In this document: positions 1 to 15,128 of the stretch, piece after piece
How positions within the stretch are numbered: the first letter of the stretch is position 1
How the letters are laid out: each line of letters begins with the position of its first letter
Source: Octopus vulgaris
Taxonomy: Eukaryota
DNA length: 64,000 nucleotides
Direction of reading: 5' to 3'
Assembly: GCA_951406725.2 (NCBI GenBank)
Contig: OX597820.1
Span: forward strand, 65,720,001 to 65,784,000
Translations under genes and position numbers: made by a program
The notes under the pieces: generated by a model
The model's database searches: none
Told to the model about the DNA's origin: nothing
What the model saw: the letters and a program-made list of their open reading frames with translations, nothing else

Positions 1-76
<76 letters not shown>

Positions 77-140
77 AAGGTATATATGTGTGTGTGGGTG
101 TTTATTTATATACACAGACACATATATGTATGTATATATG

Positions 141-173
<33 letters not shown>

Positions 174-259
174 ATACATATATATGTATGTATATATGCA
201 TATATATACATTATATAAATGTATATATATATATACATATATACATACGTATATATGTG

Positions 260-290
<31 letters not shown>

Positions 291-485
291 ATCTTCGTCA
301 CAAGTCAAATTTAACACGTTCGGATGTACGATTATATATCTGTTTGCAGATATATCTGCTATATCTGCTATTTTAGTATTTCCGTTAACATACGACTCCA
401 AAGACTATACTGAAAATGAGAATTATGGAAAGCAGAGTCTTTCATACGTTGCGATAAGTTACGAGGTGACTGACTCTGTCTTCAC

Positions 486-573
<88 letters not shown>

Positions 574-1458
574 ATATACACACACTCTCTCTTTCCTCTC
601 TCTCCATCCCCGTCTGTGGAGTTGAGGAAGAAAACACTCTTGCCAGTTCCTTTTTGTTTCATACACTAAATCCGATGTTTTCGAAAATTTCAGCAAAGAT
701 GTGGTTGTTCATGTTAAAAGCAAAAATCAATGAAGACAGCGGGCCACGGAATCGTTAGCACTCCGTGCGAAAAGCTTAGAGGCGTTTTTAGTTCAAATTC
801 CACCGAAGTTGACTTTGCTTTTAATCCTTTCGAGGTCGATAAATTAACTCCCAGTTAAACACTGAGGTCGGTGTAATCAACTTACCCCTTTCCTCGAAAT
901 TCTTGATCTCGAGGCAAAATTTAAAGTCAATAATAAAAAACCGTAACCATATTAATTGAAAATTGAAAATGCGACCATTTTCGACTCGGCATAGTTTGGA
1001 ATTACCACGCTTATTTACCTTGACAACATATTGAACCAGCGCGAGGGAACATATTGAAACGAAATATATTAAACAAGGGTGAGAATGCAAGAAACTGAGG
1101 CGTGTCATCAACAGTAGAGGAGAGAATTTGGAAAATCTCGGGTGACCTTGAAAACGAAGAGCGATGCAGTAAGATATTTCCAAATGAAGGATATAATAGC
1201 ACGGAATATTCTTTGTTGTCGAAAACAACAAATGAATTATTTTCATTGCTAGTGGTTGCACCGAATGCAATTGCAATAACATCAGTTGCAACGAAATTGT
1301 GAGTGCTGAGAAAGGCTTGAACGTTGCTCTTCTCCACTACCAACTGCAGCTTTGTAATATATTACTGGGTGAAAGAACTAACGGCATTTGTTTGTTTTCA
1401 TGTCAATTATACATAGAAACAATTCAAGATTAGACTGAATTATTACTCAGTCTTCTCA

Positions 1459-1516
<58 letters not shown>

Positions 1517-1618
1517 ATGTATATATATATGTATATGTATGTATATGTATATATGTATATATATATATATGTATATGTATATATATAGATAGAGAGACAG
1601 ACAGACAGACAGATAGAC

Positions 1619-1702
<84 letters not shown>

Positions 1703-2338
1703 TTGGCGATGTGTGTGTGAATCCATAACCGGGCATGTGAGAGCATGAATGTATATATGTAGATATATAATGTGTATAAAGTATTTATATGCACCATCAC
1801 TCTTATCTATGTGTAAGTAGGCGCAATTTTTTCTTCTTTGTTTATCTATGTATTTGCTTATTGAACAGCATAGCAGGCAAGCTATCGGAAAAATATGAAT
1901 CATCAACATGACATTATAATCGTTTTAACAATTTTTTTCCAGAAATATCTAGGGAAATACTATTAACAGCGGTGTACAAATATATAGCCACCTCTATTTG
2001 TAAATGATGTGGTGCTAAGGCACGAAGCTCTCGGCCCTTGAGTCACTCTGTTGGTTCTACTAAATATCAGTGTGTGTGTGTGTATGCGCACTTCACTTAT
2101 AACGTTCACACCAGTCATGTGCAAACTGTGTGAGTTTCTGAATGACACGGTTAGCAACACATTACCTAGAATCTCGCCTGATGATCCATATCTCATGCGG
2201 CCTTTCTACAAAAAAAAAGTTACCTGTGGCTTAGTTCCTACTCGACGCTGAATGAACTGACCAACTATGAAAAGCATTCCAAACTGCCACCTGCGCCAAC
2301 AGGATCTTTTTTCACAAACAGTGAATGTAGGACTAGAT

Positions 2339-2809
<471 letters not shown>

Positions 2810-2817
2810 GACTAGAT

Positions 2818-3158
2818 CAAGTGTTCTCAACCGGGGTCTATATGGCCTCTGAGGGTCCATATGCCCTCTGAAGGTCCATGTGGCTTCTAAGGGTCCATAT
2901 AAGACTTTTGGGAGTCCACGCAATAAAATATTAAATTGGGAATTCACAATAGTACTTTATGGGCCCCAGACAAATTTGCTGTAGATGTATGCATTGGTAT
3001 TTATTGCAAGAGATAGCTAGATTTCTTTCTCTAACATTTTACATAGTTCCACGTACACAAGGCAATGTGAAAAACAGAATAGGAATTTTAAAGGGGGTCC
3101 ACCAGAATAAAATAGTAATGAGAGGGCTCCATAGATAAAATATGGTTGAGAACCCCTT
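2818..3158. mobile_element. Second hAT MITE directly adjacent to the first
   Basis: Ends CAAGTGTTCTCAACC / GGTTGAGAACCCCTT; flanked by GACTAGAT and GACTAAAT (3159-3166). Confidence 0.8.
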
Positions 3159-3478
3159 GACTAAATGAACTACATTGTCCCTCTTTCTTAAATGACAGTC
3201 TGAAATGATACGAACGAGATTTAACAGCTATTTCCTATAGATCAAACGACCGTGTAATGTTTTACTTTGTTGGTAAATTTTTGAGTTTGTATGCAGCCAT
3301 GTAAAAGTACTAATATGAGATAAAAAGAAATAAAATACCATAATTCTTACCGATGATACTGGAAACACAAGTATTTTTTTGGATGACTGAAAACACCTGT
3401 CCTAATGCTCGATTATTTTCGAAGAATCGTAAGTACAATTCTTGACCCATGCTGTGAGTTGTATCCGAGAATAAAATA

Positions 3479-4044
3479 TTGGGCTCTCCAGAAAGTTCGT
3501 GCCGATTTATAGCAGCTTACCTTTCCACTTATTTTAGAATATGGTTGAGTCCATAAAGTAGGATTTTACTACACCTCCATTTAGAGCACAGTTTAAGCTA
3601 TATTTTCGTGAAAGAAGGTTTATGTTCCTATAACCTGTGTTAATTCTGTAACCCTTTAAAATTGAAGATAAGATAGTTCATTTTCGGCACTTGATGCTTT
3701 GGGAACCAGACAAAACTTACTGCAGCTCGGCTGGGATGTGTTACCCCAACCTCCAAATTAACCAGATATTGCTCCTTCGGATTTCCACTTATTCAGGTCT
3801 CGGCAGAATAGTCTTAATGGCAAAAATTTCAATTCCTTAGATGAAGTAAATAGAAACCTTGATGGATTCTTTGCCATGAAACCAGATCAATTCTGGGAAG
3901 AGGGTATTTTCAAGTTAAGGGAAAGTTGGAGACGCATTGTGCAACAAAATGGTTCATATTTGGTTGATTAAAAATGTAATAGCAAGTATTTATTGACCTT
4001 TTTCTTTCCTTCAAAAATCGGCACGACCTTTTCGGACAACCCAA
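3479..4044 (+). mobile_element. Internally deleted mariner transposon
   Basis: TIRs TTGGGCTCTCCAGAAAGTTCGTGCCGATTT / AAATCGGCACGACCTTTTCGGACAACCCAA, TA on both sides; transposase remnants HFRHLMLW and LGWDVLPQPP..PDIAPSDFHLFRS..WRRIVQQNGSY. Confidence 0.93.
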
Positions 4045-4560
4045 TACGTTTTTTCACGTTCTTTTCAGTCTATTCAACTATAAGCTATTACTTACAAGGT
4101 GTTAAGGCAGACCATTTCCCTCCAGCTCTCATAACCTGCATACACTGCTAGGTCAAAGGTGAAGGAACCGACAATATGTCTGTATCAGCTCGCAACTCTA
4201 TAAACACCTAAAGCAATTAGCGAAAGCGTAGTACATGTTATCAAGCCATGCTCCCCTACGAGTAACGGCTCGGTTTATTATCTCTTGTCTGGAGGCTGTG
4301 TTACCAATTACACCGAACTTCGGGTTCTTAAAATATCTTCTAGCTGCTAATTTTTCTTCTAACTTCAATTTACAATGAGGTTCACATAGATATAATGTTA
4401 CGTATTGTTTGTATTAAATGTCTTACGTAACTTTGTCGAGAACAAACCGACTCTATTTGGCTTACTTTCCAAATATTTATCTTAAATTTATTCAATATCC
4501 AACAAACATCTAAATGAAAATATGTGATGATGTTCGCTGTGTTGACTTCTCCGACTAGTC

Positions 4561-4653
<93 letters not shown>

Positions 4654-4762
4654 GTCTGTTTATCTATCTATCTGTCTGTCTATCTATCTATCTGTCTGTC
4701 TATTTATCTATCTATATATATATATGTGTGTGCGTGTGTGTGTATGCATGCATATATGTGCG

Positions 4763-4805
<43 letters not shown>

Positions 4806-5115
4806 CACCCACACATACGCACAGACATTCCTTTTTGTCTTAGTATTGCTACAAGAGGTGCGACTTTCTGTTCTCACATTCCTTATTGCTTTGTTTCTTT
4901 CGCTCTCTATTTTTTCCCATTCTCTATTTATCTATCTATCTACCCTTCTGTCTGTCTGTCTGTCCGTCTGTCTATCTTTTGCCTGTTTGTCTGTGTGCCC
5001 CCTCTCACTCACTATCACTCAAGCTGTGTATATCATTCTTCATATTCATTATTGCTCCTTATTATAGTCTGTTTTTCTCTTTCAACTCTACCCTTTGTTT
5101 TGCTTTCACACACAG

Positions 5116-5168
<53 letters not shown>

Positions 5169-5387
5169 ACATACTCATAAGCGTGCGCACACGCACGTAT
5201 TCATACACATGCACATACATACACAGATACATACACTCACACAGGTAAATTTATGCTACAAAAACACACAATGGATTTTATGATGTATTGTGTACATACG
5301 TGCACGAAAGTGATACGTACATCTATGTATGCATGTATGTATATATATATATTCACAGATATGTCTATATATATAAATATTCACAGA

Positions 5388-5427
<40 letters not shown>

Positions 5428-5454
5428 ACTGTGTGAATATATATGATTATATGT

Positions 5455-5504
<50 letters not shown>

Positions 5505-5774
5505 ACATATAATCATATATATTCACACAGTAACACACGTTTCGACATATTTATAGACGCTATATTAAAAATAACAAAGAAACAAATAAAGCAAAGATGC
5601 ACACACACAAACAAAAAAAAAATTATTACGGATCCCAACAGTTAAAAAGGAAAAAAAAACACAGAAAGAAAGAATCCTGAAAAATATCAATAAATTGACC
5701 GCGTGTCTAAACTCCATATAACAGTTAGTTTCACATGTATGATAACTTATGTATGCATATACATACATACATAC

Positions 5775-5811
<37 letters not shown>

Positions 5812-6325
5812 TATGTGTATGTATATTTATACATGTATATATCTGTAACTCATATATAAATATATAAATATATATATATATTCATACATATCTATGTATA
5901 AGCATGCATGTATGTATGCCGATACGGTTTTTTGTGAGGATATTTTTTAAGTTTTGATTAAATATTAGAGATATCGAATTTAAATTTTGATTCAATTTAG
6001 TAGCCATAAAATGTCAGTATCCAGTTTATATCTATTGTTTGAATCTATCTCGCCTGCCACACGAGATTCTCCGATATTCCTTAGGTCATAACCCAGAGCT
6101 GTATGAAGCTGTATAAATATCGTTTATTATTTTATATCTATTGATCATTAAGCATATCTTTCACGTCTGAAATTTTCAATTTCATTATGATTTTGAAAAT
6201 ACCATACATGATACTAATATTAGTAGAATATTGTATAGAAAAACAGCTAATATCTTCGGTTTGAAAATTTTGAATTAATTAAAGTAGACACTTTATATAC
6301 ACGAATCCAAAATAAGGAAATCATA

Positions 6326-6846
6326 CCGTAAATCCTCGTGTATAATCCGCATTTTTTCCCCAAAATCTAAAGGTCAAAATTCCTAGTGCGTACTATATAC
6401 GAGGTTGAAAATGAAAATTATTTTCTAAGCTATGTTAGAGTCTCTATTTGCTGTCGGGTGTTGTTTATTCCGACGCATTTTGTGATGTAGGACGCGAAAA
6501 TGCCCTAAGCTAAGCCTGAAAGCAATGAAGTCATGAAAGAATCATCCATAACTTGCAGTAAGGAACATTTATTAAACGCTATTACTGTTATTACTGTTAT
6601 TTCTTTATTTTCTGCAAACAAAATGCACAAAAAAAGTTACACGTTTGCATCATGTTATATATACAATAATAATAAAGGACGTTACCGTATACATTTTTAC
6701 AAACCAAGGACGTTATTTAGACCTCCTTGACTCAAGTTGGAGAAGGGGTGCGTATTATACACAAGGTTTAGGTTTTTCAGAGTACAGCTCCCTAAAAATA
6801 CCCTGCGTATTATATTCACGGGCGAACTATACTCGAGGATTTACAG
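6326..6846. mobile_element. Tc1/mariner-superfamily (Tc2/pogo-like) MITE, copy 1
   Basis: TA-CCGTAAATCCTCGTGTATA ... TATACTCGAGGATTTACAG-TA. Confidence 0.85.
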
Positions 6847-7253
6847 TATAAGATTGTTCAAAAATGCACAAAAGCGTACAAAATACATGCGACTGCCACG
6901 AACCAATCGAAAGTGAATATAGTAAACGGAAAATGTGCAGAATTTCCGTCGAATATGCCGAGATCATTGCAACGTTATTTAAAAGAAAATTTGATAATTA
7001 CTTGTGAAAAGGTTAAAATTCATACTGCGGGCGCAACAATTTGTTAATTAGAAGGGATTGTGTTGCTAATTATTTTTTTATCAATAACGAGGGAAAATGT
7101 ATTTGGTTATTAAATATATTAATTGAGAATTAAGAAGTATTTACTTCTTCGCCATCTTGAAATGCGACACGACTTCCTTTTCGACATACATATTATATGA
7201 GTAATAAATAACATTTGTATTTCGACATTATAAACAGAACGATACATAGATAA

Positions 7254-7293
<40 letters not shown>

Positions 7294-7303
7294 ATACGTA
7301 TAT

Positions 7304-7354
<51 letters not shown>

Positions 7355-7356
<2 letters not shown>

Positions 7357-7837
7357 GTAAATCCTCGAGTATAATCTGCATTTTTTTCCAAAAATTTAAA
7401 GGTCAAATTCCCGAGTGCGTACTATATACGAGGTTAAAAATGAAAAACATTTTCTATGCAATGTCCGAGACTCTATTTGGTGTCCGGCAATGTTTATTCG
7501 GGCGCATTTTGTGAAGTCATAAAAGAATCACCCATAACTTGCAGTAAGCAAGCAACATTTATTAAAATAAAAGTACTGAGAACACAGAATAACATGTAAC
7601 AAAAACAATTTGTAAACATATTTACATTCCCATATAACAGTTAAGAACATCACCATTATTATATTACGCATGTGCGGAAGTGTTTGTTCAACTAGGCGCT
7701 TCTGGCATAATTACGCACGACTCAAGTTAGAGAAGGGATGCGTATTATACACAAGGTTTAGGTTTTTCAGAGGTACAGCCCCTTAAAAAACCCCTGTGTG
7801 TTATACTCAAGAGCGAACTATACTTGAGGTTTTACAG
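7355..7837. mobile_element. Same MITE family, copy 2, inserted in (TA)n
   Basis: TA-CCGTAAATCCTCGAGTATA ... TATACTTGAGGTTTTACAG-TA; shares long internal blocks with 6326-6846. Confidence 0.85.
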
Positions 7838-8349
7838 TATATATATATATATATAGGATTGTGCTATAGACGTGTGTATGGACCTTTTTGGTGCGCGTGT
7901 GTGTGGGCGAGAATGTGTATGTTTCAAGTGAGGGTGGATGAGTGTAAACTTATAGGCGCGTGTACATGGGTGTGCGGACGCGCGTGTGTAGGTATGGACA
8001 CGCACGCTTACGCGAAAACTATGAACATTATTGTCCCCTTACCTTTACTCCTTCCCCTCACTTAGCGGTCATTCAAATAGCTCTTTTGTCTTAACAACGG
8101 TCAATCACACAGTAATTTCCCTTTGGTTAACGGTCATTTTCATATCATTTTTGCCGATGGCCGGATAACTCAAGAGATAGCGGCGTGGATTTCCAGCCCG
8201 ACATCCGAAACTCGGAGTTTTATCATGGCTACCGAATAATTGTCACATATTATATTTACAGATAAATTCCTCTATTTACATAATATCGAGATCCCTTTCA
8301 TTCTTTTGTTGTCTTACCATTTCTATCAATATATACATATCCTATCTAT

Positions 8350-8556
8350 TATAGGCAGAAGGCCTGAAATTTTTTTGGGGGGTGGGGGGGACAGTCGATT
8401 AGATGGACCCCCAGTACGTAACTGGTACTTACTTTATCGACCCCGAAAGGATGAAAGACAAGTCGATCCCGGCGCAATTTGAACTCAGAACGTAGCGGTA
8501 GATGAAATACCACTAAGCATTTTGCCCGCCGTGCTAACAAGTCTGCTAGCTCGCCT
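8350..8556 (-). mobile_element. SINE family 2, tail variant B
   Basis: Same head and centre, tail AATTTCAGGCCTTCTGCCTATA; other copies ~736-935(+), 19520-19702(-), 25936-26154(-), 45400-45560(+), 57485-57675(-). Confidence 0.85.
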
Positions 8557-8640
8557 TTTACGTGTGTGTATGTATGTGTGTGTGTGTGTGTGCGCGTATG
8601 TGTGTGTGTGTGTGTGATGTGTGTGTGTGTGTGTGTGTAT

Positions 8641-9018
8641 TCTTTTAACTGTTGCAGTCATTTAACTGCGGCCATGCTAGACCACCACCTTGAGGTGTTT
8701 TAGTCGAACAAATCGGCCCCAGGTATTATTCATCTTAAACCAAGTACTTATTTTATCAGTCTCTTTTTGCTGAACGGCTAAGTTACGGGAACCTAAACAC
8801 ACCAACACCTCTTGTCAAGCGGTGATAAGGGTGACAAACACGAACTCAAAGACACACACACATATAGATTCATAATTTATATACAACGGGTTTTGTTTTC
8901 AGTTTCTGGCTTTGGTCGGCGCGAGGCTATTGTAGAAGACACCCAAGGTGCCACGCAGTTGCACTTGACCTGGAACTATGTGGCTGGGAAGCAAGCTTCT
9001 TACCACACAGCCATGACT
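8641..9018 (-). mobile_element. SINE family 1 (tRNA-derived head, CORE-like segment, internal microsatellite), near full length
   Basis: Head GGCTGTGTGGTAAGAAGCTTGC..., CACCTTGGG CORE-like segment, tail GGTGGTCTAGCATGGCCGCAGTTAAATGACTG; other partial copies at ~12645-12790(+), 12805-13010(-), 17990-18170(+), 20930-21120(-), 22090-22380(-), 49030-49225(-), 49500-49645(-), 63483-63532(+). Confidence 0.85.
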
Positions 9019-9318
9019 GTAAGTATGTGTGTATATGTGTGCGTGTGTGTGTGTGTGTGCGTGTGTGTGGGGGGCTGTGTACATGTATGTATATGTTATT
9101 ATTTAACAAAATCATTATTGACATTGACGTCAGTCATTATTGACATTTCGGCCAACGAATCCATCATCAGTCCTGTGCTGGCTAAGATGGCTAGAACTTC
9201 GAAGTCACTAATAAAGACTGTTAAAGAATAATAAACTTGCACTCTACTAAAAGTATTGAGTAATCCTTCAGGTGAATGCAAAATTGTTTTATTTCGACAT
9301 ATAAACAAACTTTAATAT

Positions 9319-9441
<123 letters not shown>

Positions 9442-9466
9442 TGTATACATATATATATATATATAC

Positions 9467-9506
<40 letters not shown>

Positions 9507-10158
9507 CATGTGTGTATATCTATATTATACTCTTATATATTTACACCCATACATATATGCATACAAATACATACATGACGTTGGTGTGGTGTATGTTTGT
9601 GTGTGTCTGTCTGTGTTTGTAATGCTCTTCACGATGGTAAGAAGCTAAAGCATTCTGGATTTAACTTGAATGACGCTACTTTCTTACTTGTGCATTTAAT
9701 CCAAGATGGCAATAACTTTCAATCGATGTAATGCTGCAAGTAATGAAATATATATTAATCTTTCTTTTTTTTTTTCATTTTCATTTTCGTAGACAGAGAA
9801 TTCGTAAAACTACATTACAGAATATTATTAGCGGTATTGGCATGTATATTATATAGTAAAAGCTCAATAAAAATTTATCCTTATTTTGTCTGTTACAGCG
9901 AACTTATTAATAATTCAACATGTGTTTACTTTAACTTAGCAACTATAAAACATTCATCGAGATGTAATTTTACATAATATGTAATGACGTGTATAATAAT
10001 AGCTCTGTAGTAATTTAAACAGATTTCTTCTATTCAAGCTTTTCTTACTGATAGATTGTATTAAAATAATTATGAGTACATTAGCTTAGTCAGTAACACA
10101 ACTTTTTGATGATTTACCTGTAAGCCAGAAAATATGCGTCAAATGTTTCATATATGTT

Positions 10159-10231
<73 letters not shown>

Positions 10232-10319
10232 GCATGTATGTATGTATGTATGTATGTATGTATGTATGTATGTATGTATGTATATGGATACACACACACA
10301 CACGCATATATGTATATAT

Positions 10320-10519
10320 TCTGTCATTTGACTGCGGCCAATCTGTGGCACCGCATTTTAGTCGAGCAAATCGACTCCAGGACTTATTCTTTGCAAGCCT
10401 AGTACTTATTCTGTCGGCCTTTTTTGTCGTAAACACACCAGCATCGGTTGTGAAGCGATGTTGGTTGGGGGGGACAAACACAGACAAACATATACACACA
10501 TACATATATACATACATAT

Positions 10520-10580
<61 letters not shown>

Positions 10581-10688
10581 CCTGCTCGCTTAGCCAGCGG
10601 GGTAGCGTCATTCGAAGGCTAAAACAATGCGAACGCATTGTGACCAGCGATGTGTAACAACATCTGATGGTCTGGTTAGTAACGTGAT

Positions 10689-10741
<53 letters not shown>

Positions 10742-10880
10742 ACAGGCTTCTTTCAGTTTCCGTCTATCAAATCCACTCATTAAGCTTTGGTCAGCCTGTG
10801 GCTACAGCGGAAGACATTTGCCCAAGGTGCCACGCAGTTGGACTGAACCCGAAACCATGTGGATGGTAAGCAAGCTACTT
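10320..10880 (-). mobile_element. SINE family 1 copy with expanded internal (TA)n and a nested insertion (10578-10697)
   Basis: Tail at 10320-10500, head at 10740-10880, separated by (TA)n containing an unrelated ~120-bp fragment. Confidence 0.8.
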
Positions 10881-11069
10881 TCTTTCATAAAAACTTGCCA
10901 TAAAGGCATTACAAAGAGTAGCTGCGGGATGGACATATACATTGATGAGATGAATAATGAAATAAGGATGATATTGATGAGAGAAGGCAAAAACGCCCGC
11001 CGATTTTCCTCTTCTCTAAAACATTGTTCTTTTTTCTAAAAAAGAATAAACAAAGCGAGGTATTGAACC

Positions 11070-11378
11070 TCTCACAACAGTTTTTACAGTTTTTGTACTT
11101 AATAGTCCATTACAGATATTAATATGCAAAAAATTTTCAATATACAATCAACACTAGTCCATTTACAAATGAGGCGCTGGGCCTCTTACACTTTATAACA
11201 GTGAGGCTTTTCAACCTCTTGTCAACTTTTCACCTCAACGAGTTATCGAACATCTTACTACAGTTCTTACAATTATTGGACTTAATAGTCAATAACATGC
11301 AATGATATACAATGAAATATTCAATATACAATCAACACTTGTCCATTTACAAATGAGGCGCTGAGCCTCTTACACATT
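11070..11378 (+). repeat. Diverged tandem duplication (~125-bp homologous blocks, ~185-bp period)
   Basis: TTCAATATACAATCAACACT.GTCCATTTACAAATGAGGCGCTG.GCCTCTTACAC twice. Confidence 0.9.
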
Positions 11379-12143
11379 CGGAATTCGGATTCAAAAAATC
11401 ATAGATTTTCTAAAAAAAAAACAAGAGACAATGAGAAGAAGAAAACGAGTGTTGAATCATCAATAGAAATTGAGACCATGTCCGGTTAACTTTAAATCTC
11501 TTGAAATATTCTCTCTGTGCACCTGCCAGTCGTAAATAAACTTATATGAAGGACAAGATATGACAAAATAACGACTGTAAAACATCTAGACATTTAAACG
11601 TTTTATTGGGGTTTATTTTAACATAGATCTTGTTGTTTTTTACCCACTGAATTGTAGATTTGACAATGTCTTGTGAGCGTTCTGGTATATTTTGCTTATT
11701 TTAATAAGATCTGAAGAAATATATTTGAAATTATCGATATAATCATGCTAATATTTTGAAGATTTTTTTTCTTTTTTAAATGCATTGAAATGGTTCGCAT
11801 GCTGTATGCCGAATGTTAAATAAATAAATAAATATAGGCCGTATGATTAATGAATTATTGAAAATATGCTCAATATTTGAACATTGGTTTTCATGATTGT
11901 CCGTTTGAAAATGTTATGCACATAATTGCACGCCTACACTTACGTACTCACAAGTACATACAAGTAGGCAAAATGTATACATATATACATACATACGTAC
12001 GTATGCATCTATGTACGTATGAATGTAAGGATGTATGAATGAAGCATGTATGTATATATGTCTGTCAATTTCAATGCATTGTATACACTTTCACTCACAA
12101 ACACACACATATACATACATACGTATATATAAATGCGTGTGCT

Positions 12144-12182
<39 letters not shown>

Positions 12183-12458
12183 ATGTGTAATTATACATCT
12201 CTGTATATTTATATGCATATACATATGTGTATATACGCACACATTCACACACACACATACACACATACACATAAGTAAGCACTTGAATGCAAGATAAGGT
12301 GGAAAGAGTTAGTGCTCGAATACCGAAGGCAGAGTAAATTATTGCTTGTTAAAACCTCAAAAACATCAAAATAAGACTTTCTCAGTTTCACGTATCCATT
12401 CGTCGGAGAGTTGCAATCACAACTGTCCAACGAACACATATATATATATATATATAGG

Positions 12459-12612
12459 GAGTGTTTACGAAAAAAAACAAAAGACGAAGACAGGTGGTGT
12501 ACAAAACAAACAGATGTATTAGTATAACGCTCAGGGATAGAAAAAGTCTTTGACGTTTCGAGCCTTCGCTCTTCTACAGAAAGGGACACAGAAAAAACAA
12601 GGAGAGAAAAAA
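12459..12612 (-). mobile_element. Penelope-like terminal fragment with minimal hammerhead-like motif (12548-12583)
   Basis: CTTT-CTGTAGA-A-GAGCGAAGGCTC-GAAACGTC-AAAG; homologous fragments at ~21545-21740(+) and 50925-51125(+); related motif at 2642-2678(+). Confidence 0.6.
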
Positions 12613-13006
12613 TGTGTATATATATATATATATATATTTATATATGGTTATGTGTTCAGTCCCACTGCGTAGCAACTTGGGCAGTCACACTGCGTGGCAA
12701 CTTGGGCAGTCACACTGCGTGGCAACTTGGCCGACCAAAGCTTTGTGAGTCGATTTGGTAGACGGTAGCTGAAAGAAGCCTGTTGCATATATCTCTTTTT
12801 TACTCTTTTATTTGTTTCAGTCATTTGACTGCGGCCATGCTAGAGCACCGCCTTTGGCCGAACAAACCCACCCTAGGAGTTATTCTTTGTAAGCCTAGTA
12901 TTTATTCCATCGGTCTTTTATGCGGAACCGTTTAGTTACGGAAACGTAAGCACACCAACATCGGTTGTTAAGCGAAGGCTGGGGGACAAACATAAACACA
13001 CAAACT

Positions 13007-13038
<32 letters not shown>

Positions 13039-13110
13039 CATATTTATATATATATATATACACATATATATATATATATTTATGTATATGTATGTATATA
13101 TGTATATGTG

Positions 13111-13220
<110 letters not shown>

Positions 13221-13659
13221 CAAGTTAGGAGGATGAGAGACCGAGGCAAAGAGAGATGACGAGAAAGAGAGTAAAGTATTGAGGACACATAACTAACCGT
13301 ATCTACTTAATTTACTCACTAGAAAGATTTCGCTGTGAACTACCTGCCGCACTGCAATTTCAGAAAACATATTGATCTCACGAAAAAAACTGAAGTTTTG
13401 TTACTGAAAGTCTCACATAAAATTTTTCGACGGCTTCAGCGAGACACATGCATGTTATCGAAGTATTCTTGATAAGAATCTTTCTTTTTGAATGATCGAA
13501 GAATAACTTCGATAGTAAATGGTGGAGGAAAAATGTCAGAAAACGAAAGATGGATGACAACAATAATGATGAAATTTGTATTCCCGCGTAGATTGGTGCA
13601 AGGTCTTATATATATGGAAGAATGTTTTAGTTGATAGTATAGAAGCTGCTGCTTGCTTG

Positions 13660-15128
13660 GTGCTTCATTTTATTGATCTTCAAAGTTGGAAAGCAAAGCT
13701 GACCATAGTTTGATGTGAACACGGAACGTAAAACATACGAAGAAATACTGACGATTCTATCTTGAAGGAAGTCAATAACTATTTTTAATGAGAGACGAAG
13801 CCTGCAATTTAGAGGTGAGTGAACACTTTACTCATTTATTCTGTCGATCCCTGGTGAATGACACTGACCTCGGCGGAATTTGAACTCAAAACCTAAAGAG
13901 CTACAAGAAATATCATAAAGCATTTTTTTTTTCGACTTTCTGACGATTCTTTCATCTCGTCGTCCAAACAACAATGGTGCTAATAATTTCTAATTTAGAC
14001 ACAAGGGCTGAAATTTTAGGGGAAAATGTTAATCGAGGCCATCGACTCCAAAAGTTGTCTGGCAAGTTTATAGATGCCCAGAGAATGGAAGGCAAAGGTG
14101 ACCTCACACTACATTCACAATAATTCATAATGATTATGCTTTCTGCCTAAGACTTGGAATTTTACAAGAGGGGAAAAGTCGATTATATTAATGCTAGTGC
14201 TCAGCTGTTACCTCTTTTAGTAACTTCGAAAGGGAGAAAGACAAGATCGATGTCAATGGAATTTGAACTCAGAATTATATTAGGGTGAAATGCCGCTAAT
14301 TATTTGATCTAGCTTGCTAATCATTCTGCCAGCTTGTTGCCTTATATAATGATAATCCTTTATTTTATAGGCTCAAGGCCAAAAATATTCCTTTCACTAT
14401 AGGCACACAGCTTGAAATTTGTGGGGAGGAGGGCAGTCGATTACATCGACCCCAGTGCGTAACTGGTGCTTATTTCATTGGCCGCGGAAGGATGAAAAGC
14501 GAAATCGACCTAGACGGAATTTCAACTCAAAACGTAAGGACGGACGAAATGCTGCTAAGCATTTTTCCTGTCATGCTAACAATTCTGCCAGCTCGCCGCC
14601 TTACAAGGCCTTAAATATTGGGAGGCGGGGAGAGTGGCTAGTCGATTACATCGACCTCAGTGCGAAACTGCTGTTTATTTCATTGACTGCGGAAGGAAGA
14701 AAACCGAAATCGACCTCGACAGAATTTAAACTGTCTGGCATGCTAGCCATTCTTTTCTACCATACGCACAAGGCCTGAAATTTGAATGGGGGTAACTCGA
14801 TTTTATCGACCCCAGTGTTAAATTGGTACTTATTTTATCGACCCCGAATGATGAAAGGCTAAATGTAAATATACATACATACATACATACATACATACAT
14901 ACATACATACATACATACATACATACATACATACATACATGCATGCATGCATACATACGTACGAATGTATGTATGTACATATGAATATAAGAATGTATGA
15001 ATGTAGCATGTATGTATATCAATTTCAAAGTCGGCCTAGGCAGAATTTGAACTCAGAGCGTGAGGGCGGACAAAATACTACTACTCAGTTTGCCCAGCGT
15101 GCTAACGATTCTGCCAGCCCACCGCCTT
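13660..15128 (-). mobile_element. Head-to-tail array of several SINE family 2 copies of different ages
   Basis: Recurrent GGAATTTGAACTCA, GTCGATTACATCGACC and ATTCTGCCAGC motifs every ~200-300 bp, all in the same orientation. Confidence 0.8.

Noticed and set aside
1011-1343. Assignment of the 110-aa ORF to an EAR/EPTP beta-propeller family
   Set aside because: Only a vague FQIL-type resemblance; cannot be supported without a profile search.
4096-4207. In-frame TGA in the candidate exon read as selenocysteine
   Set aside because: No selenoprotein motif and no SECIS-like element recognised.
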